Shown piece after piece: positions 19,503 to 26,478 of a stretch of DNA of 64,000 nt. Numbering within the stretch: the stretch's first letter is position 1; every line of letters starts with the position of its first letter. The translations under genes were made by a program, and so were the position numbers. The notes under the pieces were generated by a model, which saw only the letters and a program-made list of their open reading frames with translations, searched no databases and was not told where the DNA came from. Source of the stretch: Eggerthellaceae bacterium (GTDB taxonomy: Bacteria > Actinomycetota > Coriobacteriia > Coriobacteriales > Eggerthellaceae); NCBI GenBank assembly GCA_045118335.1, contig JBGUXY010000053.1, positions 19,365 through 83,364 of the forward strand. The letters run 5' to 3'.

Positions 19503-19516
19503 GGATCGTACGATCC
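19503..19516 (+). promoter_or_regulatory. Perfect 14-bp palindrome in the leader of peptide paralog B
   Basis: GGATCGTACGATCC, 34 nt upstream of ATG 19550. It could be an operator or an RNA hairpin. Confidence 0.3.
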
Positions 19517-19549
19517 TCCGTGACAAAGCCATCAAAAAGGAGCGTGACC

Positions 19550-19774
19550 ATGGATCTTCAGGACAACGCCAAGAAGCTATCAACCGACGATCTTCAGCAG
19601 GTTTCCGGGGGTGCCGGTGAGCATCTCGGTTCCGGCAAGTTCTACCCACCCTGCCCAGAATGCGAATGCACTGATGTGTTCTGTATCACTAACTGGTTTG
19701 ATGGTGACGGTCATCTCTACTATGAATTGCATTGCAACGTTTGCTACAACGAATGGGTATGGCAGGAATACTAA
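19550..19774 (+). CDS. Small peptide: double-glycine leader plus CX2C-X23-CX2C zinc-ribbon-like core (paralog B)
   Basis: Track ORF 19385..19774. ATG 19550 lies 7 nt after AAAGGAG. Sequence MDLQDNAKKLSTDDLQQVSGG|AGEHLGSGKFYPPCPECECTDVFCITNWFDGDGHLYYELHCNVCYNEWVWQEY. The leader has L(-12) S(-11) D(-8) L(-7) V(-4) GG. Confidence 0.6.
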   Translation: MDLQDNAKKLSTDDLQQVSGGAGEHLGSGKFYPPCPECECTDVFCITNWFDGDGHLYYELHCNVCYNEWVWQEY

Positions 19775-19924
19775 GCCTGGAAAACGAGTTCGGGACGACC
19801 TTCTGGGCCTTGCGAAAGTCCTCTCCCCTGCCTCTCTCGAAGCCCGTCGATGCCAGTTTCCAACAACCTAGATCGTAAGACCGTTAGCTGCCATGATGGT
19901 CAGGTTTACTGGCCGTCAGGTAAG

Positions 19925-19990
19925 GCGATGTTACTGTAACTGGAGGCCGAATGGGGCGGATAAGGCTTACCGAAGCGATGTTACTGTAAC
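19925..19990. repeat. Two identical 16-bp direct repeats, each containing the palindrome GTTACnGTAAC, exactly 50 bp apart
   Basis: GCGATGTTACTGTAAC at 19925-19940 and 19975-19990. Confidence 0.8.
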
Positions 19991-20425
19991 CTTGTATCAC
20001 CTATTCGTAACGAATGGCGCAGCTCACGTCGGTAGGCGGGGGACATGCGGGATGCTTGCCCTCTATGATGGCGTTGAGCTGGGGAAATGCCAATCAATCG
20101 TGAGAGGAGACCCGGAAGGGGGGCGAATCCCCGCGTCCAACTACAGAAACATCGCTCCGATGTGCGATGAGGGCTCGCATTAAGCTTGTTTTACAGGAAC
20201 ATCGCATCGCCGATTGCACGCCCGCATACCAGACTCCTCAGCTCGGTAAACTCTTCAATCTTCGATTCTTCGTTTCCGATAATCTCGTTTATACGCAGCA
20301 AGGAACCATCTCTTTATGGCCTTCCTTTAAGAAAACGGAAAGGTTTGCGTGTGGTTCGAGAAAGAAGCGGCCTCTAGAGTTGAACCATGAAGTGAAGTCC
20401 GCACCGTATGGGCAGGAGGCAAGGT

Positions 20426-21715
20426 ATGTGGACGAGAATAGAATTAAAGGAAAAGGCGAAGGTTGCCTTGAAGGGCAATTATTGGAAAGCGGTGCTGGTG
20501 GGAGTGCTGCTCCTGTTCGCTGCTGGCGGCATGGGCAGCTCGGTTTCGGGTTCGCCGTCCGCTGCGATTCCGGGGCTGTCGCTTTCCGATAACAACGATT
20601 CCAGCGTCGTCTACGACAACGATTACTACTACGACTACGATTACGACGATTACTACTATTTCGATGACGAGTACTATGACGAGTATTTCAACGATCTCGA
20701 CTCATATGACGTCGATAGCGGCTCCGACCTCCCGTTGATTGCGGTGGTCCTTACAGGATTGGGCCTGCTCGTGGTGTTTTTGGCCGTATTTGCCGTGATT
20801 CTGGCGATTGACATCCTCATCGCCAATCCGCTGCTCGTGGGCATTCGGCGGTTCTTCTTGCGCAGCTTGAACCAGAAAGCCGACGTGAAGGAAGTCACCT
20901 ATGCCTTCGACAACGGCAACTACGTGGAGCTCATCAAGACCATGTTCCTGCGCGATTTGTTCACCGTGCTGTGGTCTTTGCTGTTTGTCGTTCCGGGTAT
21001 CGTGAAATCGTATGAATACCGCATGATTCCCTATCTGCTGGCAGAAGACCCGTACATGACCAAAGACCAGGCCTTTGCCGAAAGCAAGCGCATGATGACC
21101 GGCCAGAAGTGGAACGCTTTCGTGCTCGACCTTTCTTTCCTGGGTTGGAACATCCTTTCCGCGTGCACGCTGGGCATTCTGGGCGTCTTCTACGTCGGGC
21201 CGTATCAGGCGCTCGCTAACGCGGCACTTTACGAGAAGCTGCGCTACGGCCTGCCCGCTCCGACCGATTCGCACTACGCTCCGACGGGGAAGGCGCCCGT
21301 CGCTCCTGCCAATGCTGCGCCGGTCCCACCGATATATGCAGCTCCGGTACAGCCCGTCGCTGGCGCTGCAAGGCAGGCTGCTCCCGTAGTGCCGCAAGGA
21401 GCCCCCATCGCAACCTATGCGAATTCGGTTATGCCAACAGAAGCGCCGGTTGCTCCCTTAACGGCTCCCGCCGCAGCGCAGGAAGCACCCACTGCATCTT
21501 CTGTTAACCCAGCCGCATCGTCGGATGTGCCCATTGCGCCTTACGCGAACCCGATTGCCGCAGCGCCAGATGCAGCCTCGGGAGTTTTCGAAATGCTTGA
21601 CGATACGCCCATGTCCCCGATGGCGTCTTGTGATGCGACCGTCGAAGACGACCCTGCAGTTGCGGACGCACCGGCAGATGACGGGGCTGTTGCAGGCGAT
21701 TGTGGGCAGGCGTAG
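20426..21715 (+). CDS. DUF975-like integral membrane protein with an Asp/Tyr-rich insert and an Ala/Pro-rich tail
   Basis: Track ORF 20408..21715. ATG 20426 lies 6 nt after AGGAGG. MWTRIELKEKAKVALKGNYWKAVLVGVLLL is typical of the DUF975 N-terminus. Confidence 0.75.
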   Translation: MWTRIELKEKAKVALKGNYWKAVLVGVLLLFAAGGMGSSVSGSPSAAIPGLSLSDNNDSSVVYDNDYYYDYDYDDYYYFDDEYYDEYFNDLDSYDVDSGSDLPLIAVVLTGLGLLVVFLAVFAVILAIDILIANPLLVGIRRFFLRSLNQKADVKEVTYAFDNGNYVELIKTMFLRDLFTVLWSLLFVVPGIVKSYEYRMIPYLLAEDPYMTKDQAFAESKRMMTGQKWNAFVLDLSFLGWNILSACTLGILGVFYVGPYQALANAALYEKLRYGLPAPTDSHYAPTGKAPVAPANAAPVPPIYAAPVQPVAGAARQAAPVVPQGAPIATYANSVMPTEAPVAPLTAPAAAQEAPTASSVNPAASSDVPIAPYANPIAAAPDAASGVFEMLDDTPMSPMASCDATVEDDPAVADAPADDGAVAGDCGQA

Positions 21716-21826
21716 TATTCAAGCGGCGGAAATCGTACGCAAACGCTCGCAAGCGGGGGCAGCGGATCGTCGAATCGAGATGATTCGACGCCGCTGCTCC
21801 CGCCGAAGTGCATTCGGAGGAAAGCC

Positions 21827-22516
21827 ATGCCCTACCGTATTCTCGTCGCAGACGACGAAAAGGACATTCGCAGCGTGTTGGCGCTGTATCTGGAAAACGC
21901 CGGTTACGAAGTGGTGGAGGCGGAAGACGGAGAGCAGACGCTGCGGGTCTTGAGTTCTCAGCCCATCGACTTGTGCCTGCTCGACATCATGATGCCCAAG
22001 CTCGATGGCTACCAGGTGCTCAAACAGGTGCGCCAAGTAAACGACGTGCCGGTGATAGTCATATCCGCCAAGGGCCAAGACCCCGAAAAGATCTTGGGTT
22101 TGAACCTGGGGGCCGACGACTACATGGTGAAGCCCTTCAATCCCCTGGAAGCAGTTGCACGCGTGAATTCCAATATCCGGCGCGCGAAGGGCATGGTACC
22201 CCAGCAGCGGCGACGCTCCATGCCCGCATTGCGCTGCCGTGATTTGGAGCTCGATATCGAATCGTGCACGCTCACTCGCGCAGGGTCCGACATCGACCTC
22301 ACGCCGGTGGAATACCGCATCATGGCGATGCTCATGGAGCATCCGGGCCGCGTGTTCACCAAGCAGCAGATATACGAATGCGGTTGGGAAGAAGACTACA
22401 TTGCCGCCGAGAACAGCGTGATGGTGTGCCTTAGCAAGCTGCGCGCGAAGCTCGGCGACGAACCGCAAGCCTACATCAAGACGATTCGTGGATTGGGCTA
22501 TAGGCTGGAGAGATAA
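21827..22516 (+). CDS. OmpR/PhoB-family response regulator
   Basis: Receiver domain (ILVADDE ... LLDIMMPKLDG ... VIVISAK) plus a winged-helix output (YIKTIRGLGYRL). Confidence 0.9.
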   Translation: MPYRILVADDEKDIRSVLALYLENAGYEVVEAEDGEQTLRVLSSQPIDLCLLDIMMPKLDGYQVLKQVRQVNDVPVIVISAKGQDPEKILGLNLGADDYMVKPFNPLEAVARVNSNIRRAKGMVPQQRRRSMPALRCRDLELDIESCTLTRAGSDIDLTPVEYRIMAMLMEHPGRVFTKQQIYECGWEEDYIAAENSVMVCLSKLRAKLGDEPQAYIKTIRGLGYRLER

Positions 22517-23661
22517 TGGGCAGGCGCACGGATAGGGAAAAGAAAAAGAGCAAGAAAAAGAGGAGAGCTTCCGAAAACCCCTTCGAGAAGAACAGCCTGG
22601 TTTTTTACCTGGTGAGCCGCTTCATCGTGGTGCTCATCTTGGTCATGGCTGCCGAGTCGGCGGTGGTGTGGCTGGAAAGCTCTCTGTTTCGGCCTGCTCT
22701 AGAGCCCTTCGTCGACGGATATGTGGCATCCTCGCTGCAGACGACGTCGGTCGCGGGGCTTGTACGTTGGATGGTTTCCTTGCTCGGGACTATGATTCAG
22801 GCGGGAAACGCCCAGTTCATGGGTCTGGCACGGGAATCGTTCGTGCTGTTGCTGATCGTGGCGATGCTGCTGATGCTGCTGGCTCCGCTGCTCGTTGGGG
22901 CATTGGTGTTTGCTTTGGCAATCGTGCGCAAGGTGCGAGTTTTGCAGAAGCGTCGCGAGGAGGAAATCGCGCGGGTCAATCGTCAGCGCAGCCAGTTCAT
23001 CACCGATGTCGCGCATGATTTGCGCACCCCCATCATGGCTGTTTCCGGCATGGCGCATGCGCTTTCCGATGGCCTGGTCCAAGATTGCGCCATGCAAGAG
23101 GAATACCTGCGTTCCATATGCGATAAGACCGACAAGCTAGGTGAGCTCGTCTCGTCGGTGTTCGATTACGCGAAGCTGGGTAGCGTTGGCTTCAGCCTTC
23201 AGCGCGAGATGCTGAACTTGCCAGAGCTTCTCTTGCGCGAGGCGGCCGTTGCCTATACCGATGCCGAGGAAGCTGGCATCGAGCTTTCGGTTCACGTTCC
23301 CGAAGACCGCTGCACGGTGAATGCCGACCCCGTGCAGCTAAGCCGCGTGGTGGCGAACCTGCTTTCCAATGCCATCAGGCACAACGAGGCGGGAACGGAA
23401 GTAGCGTTGATGACGGTCCGCCAGGCGGGCATGGTTTACGTGGTCGTGGCAGATGCGGGTGCGATGCTAACCGAAGACCCCGACGACCTGTTCCAGCCGT
23501 TTACACGCGGCGACACTTCGCGCTCCGATGCGGGCGGCAGTGGTCTGGGCCTTTCCATCTGCAAGCGTGTGGCAGACATGCACGGTTTCGGGCTCACCCT
23601 TGTGCAGCCCTACGGCCGCTTCCCGAAGGCGTTCGTGCTTCAGTGTCCCGTGGAGAACTGA
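22516..23661 (+). CDS. Sensor histidine kinase (two TM helices, HisKA + HATPase)
   Basis: H-box FITDVAHDLRTP, N-box LLSNAIRHN, G-box GGSGLGLSI. The start overlaps the regulator stop by 1 nt. Confidence 0.85.
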   Translation: MGRRTDREKKKSKKKRRASENPFEKNSLVFYLVSRFIVVLILVMAAESAVVWLESSLFRPALEPFVDGYVASSLQTTSVAGLVRWMVSLLGTMIQAGNAQFMGLARESFVLLLIVAMLLMLLAPLLVGALVFALAIVRKVRVLQKRREEEIARVNRQRSQFITDVAHDLRTPIMAVSGMAHALSDGLVQDCAMQEEYLRSICDKTDKLGELVSSVFDYAKLGSVGFSLQREMLNLPELLLREAAVAYTDAEEAGIELSVHVPEDRCTVNADPVQLSRVVANLLSNAIRHNEAGTEVALMTVRQAGMVYVVVADAGAMLTEDPDDLFQPFTRGDTSRSDAGGSGLGLSICKRVADMHGFGLTLVQPYGRFPKAFVLQCPVEN

Positions 23662-23738
23662 CGGCCGTCCATGGTGGTTATCGCAAGTTTCCGTCGCGCT
23701 TTTAAGGATGCGCAACCCGACGATAAGGAGCGCAATCT

Positions 23739-24311
23739 ATGAACGACTATTCCGAACAGCTTAGGCAAATCGCGACAGGGCACGCGTTGCTTGCTGCGTG
23801 CGCCGCGCTATACCTTATCTGGTGGTGCGTTTTCTTTCGTCCGCGCGCTCAATCGCCACAGGGAATCGAATACGTTTTGGGCGTCGCGTTCATTTTGGGC
23901 GCAGTGGCGCTTGGCGCAATTGCCGTGGCGAAAACCGTCCAGGCGGTGGGCGCACTGCCATCGGCCATCCCGGGCTTTGCTGTCGTCGTTGTGGCAATGG
24001 TGTTGTATGTCGTGCTGCTGATTGCTACTACCACGATCTTCGACCGGCCCGTGACAACGGAGCTTTTGCTGATCGTAGCTTGGCTGGCGTTGGAGGCTTT
24101 CGTGTTGTCGGCCCTTGTCGCAACGGGCATGCCTGCCGGCATGGTGACATTATGCGTCTTGCTCGTTGCGGCGGCTTTCGTTGCGAGCATGGTTTGCTAC
24201 GTGCTGTATTACAAGCTTTCGGGAACTGCGGCCTTTCTTGATGGATGCGGGCCGCTGGTTGCGGTGGGCATCCTAAGCACGCTGTTCGCCCTGCTCCTTC
24301 GCCTGCAATAG
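23739..24311 (+). CDS. Multi-pass membrane protein, unknown function
   Basis: AAGGAG lies 8 nt upstream. There are five or six hydrophobic helices. Confidence 0.65.
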   Translation: MNDYSEQLRQIATGHALLAACAALYLIWWCVFFRPRAQSPQGIEYVLGVAFILGAVALGAIAVAKTVQAVGALPSAIPGFAVVVVAMVLYVVLLIATTTIFDRPVTTELLLIVAWLALEAFVLSALVATGMPAGMVTLCVLLVAAAFVASMVCYVLYYKLSGTAAFLDGCGPLVAVGILSTLFALLLRLQ

Positions 24312-24419
24312 GAGGCTTCCCGATCTAGCAGGCGTCTATTCCAAGCAGGGGCCAATTTGGCGCCCCCCTTTGCAAGAGAAGACGGTTCCGGTATTGCAGA
24401 GGAGCGTCTTTACCGGGGC

Positions 24420-26219
24420 CTATTCCAGGTAGGCGCCGGTTTGGCGGTTCCACAGGTGTGCGTACTCACCGCCGGCTTCGATAAGCTGGGCGTGCGGTCC
24501 GTCTTCGACCACCTTGCCGTTTTCCAGCACCACGATGCGGTCCAGGCTTGCAACGGTGGACAGGCGGTGTGCCACGACGATGGATGTGCGTCCGGCCATG
24601 AGCTTCGCCAACGCGTCTTGCACCAAGTGCTCGCTTTCGGAATCGAGCGCGCTCGTTGCCTCGTCGAGCACGAGGATGGGGCAGTTGGCCAACATGGCAC
24701 GCGCAATGGCGATGCGTTGGCGTTGCCCGCCCGAGAGCTTGATGCCACGCTCGCCCGTGACGGTCTGGAAGCCCTGCGGCAGCTTCTCGATGAACTCGAG
24801 CGCGTTTGCCTGTTCGGCCGCGGTACGGATTTCCTCCATCGTTGCATTGGGCTTGCCATAGCTGATGTTTTCCGCGATGGTGCGGTGGAACAGCAGCGCC
24901 TCTTGCGGCACATAGGCGATATTGCGTCGCAGGCTTTGTTGCGTACAATCGGCGACGTTTTGACCATCTACCAGGATCTGGCCTTCCTGAATGTCGCTCA
25001 GGCGGAGCAAAAGCTTTGTGAGCGTGGTTTTCCCCGCGCCGCTCATACCCACGAGTCCAATGCGCTGACCTGCAGGAATGTGCAGATCGAAGCCTTCGAA
25101 CACGCGGGTGAGCGCACCGCCGTCAACATAGGAGAAGCCGATGTCCACAAAGTCGATGTCGCCGCGGATCACCTGCATGTCGGGAGCGCCGGGCGCATCT
25201 GCTACCAGGCGGGGCTCGTCGAGTATCTCGGTCATGCCGCTCGCATCACCGAATGCGCGGTTCAGCCGCTGAAGGCCGGCGTTGATGAAGTTAAACTGGT
25301 TCGTGACGCTGTAGGTGTAGGTGAACATCATCACCAGCGTACCGGGGGTTATGCCAAACCATGCATTACCGCCCGAGATGAACACTGCTACGACACTCAT
25401 GATCACGAGTGCGATGCAGGCTGTCACGATACCGCGCATGAGGCTTGCCATCATGCGTTTGCTGTCGCGGGCGACAACCTCTCGATTGGCGGCATCGAAC
25501 AGGTCGCGCTCGTAATCCTCGCGGCCATAGGTTTTCACGGAAAGGATGTTGGCAACGCTGTCGGAAAGCTCGCCGGATAGGTTGTTTTGCGCGCTTGCTG
25601 CCTGCTCGTTGAGGTTGAGGATGCGCTTGTACATGCGGTAGCTCACAAACGCGTATATGGCCAACATGAACATGAGGATAACGGTGTAGAGTGGCACGCG
25701 CGGCCCCAGTAGCAGGCAGATGAACACGATAGCTTCGATAAGCGGCAGCACTGGCCAGGTAATCACCTCTATGAGCTGGTTGTACGCGTTCATGTATTTG
25801 CTTGTCTGGCTCACGAGCGTTCCGCCGAAGCGATTCGAATGGAAGCTCATCGACTGGTTGCACAGCGCGTCGAACGCTTGCGTGGCCAAGTCGTAGTTCA
25901 CGGCGATTTCCAGCTTCCACAGCGTGTAGTCCTGTAGCTTGCTGAAGCCCTGTCCGAACAGGTTGATAAGAACAAGCGCCAAGATGTACGGTCCGAACAC
26001 GGGGAATACTTGGTCGGCCGATACCGGGTCGGCCGCCACGCGGTCGACGATCAGGCTCATCATGAAGGGGTTGGCATAGGTGAGCAAAAAGCCGAATCCG
26101 ATGGTGGCAAGAACGAGTGTCACGAAATAGCCCATGTGGTTTTTGGTTGCCTGCCAATAAAAGTGTATGGTTCGCCGTGCGGTGGAAGGCATTGCTGGTT
26201 TCTTGGCGGTGCTTGTCAT
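24420..26219 (-). CDS. ABC exporter, fused permease + ATPase (MsbA/ABCB-like)
   Basis: Track ORF 24420..26456. Probable start is ATG 26219 (MTSTAKKPAMP...). Six TM helices, Walker A GMSGAGKTT, signature LSGGQRQR, Walker B ILVLDEATS. No C39 peptidase domain. Confidence 0.9.
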   Translation of the reverse strand: MTSTAKKPAMPSTARRTIHFYWQATKNHMGYFVTLVLATIGFGFLLTYANPFMMSLIVDRVAADPVSADQVFPVFGPYILALVLINLFGQGFSKLQDYTLWKLEIAVNYDLATQAFDALCNQSMSFHSNRFGGTLVSQTSKYMNAYNQLIEVITWPVLPLIEAIVFICLLLGPRVPLYTVILMFMLAIYAFVSYRMYKRILNLNEQAASAQNNLSGELSDSVANILSVKTYGREDYERDLFDAANREVVARDSKRMMASLMRGIVTACIALVIMSVVAVFISGGNAWFGITPGTLVMMFTYTYSVTNQFNFINAGLQRLNRAFGDASGMTEILDEPRLVADAPGAPDMQVIRGDIDFVDIGFSYVDGGALTRVFEGFDLHIPAGQRIGLVGMSGAGKTTLTKLLLRLSDIQEGQILVDGQNVADCTQQSLRRNIAYVPQEALLFHRTIAENISYGKPNATMEEIRTAAEQANALEFIEKLPQGFQTVTGERGIKLSGGQRQRIAIARAMLANCPILVLDEATSALDSESEHLVQDALAKLMAGRTSIVVAHRLSTVASLDRIVVLENGKVVEDGPHAQLIEAGGEYAHLWNRQTGAYLE

Positions 26220-26393
26220 GTGCGTTCCTGTTCGTAGTGCTAAGTTCCGTTCAATACGATACCACAGCCGTTTCCTGTGATGATGGGGTGCTGCAATGGT
26301 GGATTCTCTGTCGATTTGTTGTCGAGAAACACCCAAATGAGCGACAAAAAGCGCCAATGAGTTGCTTATTCTACTATACGGTGAAAATGAGTA

Positions 26394-26422
26394 TTGACGC
26401 TCGCGATAACCAATCCTATCTT
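26394..26422 (+). promoter_or_regulatory. Candidate promoter for the YkvI-TetR fusion gene
   Basis: TTGACG (26394-26399), a 17-nt spacer, then TATCTT (26417-26422). Confidence 0.3.
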
Positions 26423-26478
26423 CCACGATATTCATTATTTGAGTTGGTTTCTGCAACTAGGAAAGGAGTGCGCTGACG

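Noticed and set aside
19860-20200. HigA/XRE-type antitoxin pseudogene on the minus strand
   Set aside because: There are only short, frame-broken fragments with vague resemblance, which is insufficient to call a pseudogene feature. It is mentioned only as context in a finding.
24420-26456. ABC exporter as the dedicated processing transporter (PCAT) for the GG-leader peptides
   Set aside because: The probable protein starts at 26219 directly with the TM domain. The 79-codon upstream extension of the track ORF has no C39 peptidase features and overlaps the divergent promoter region.
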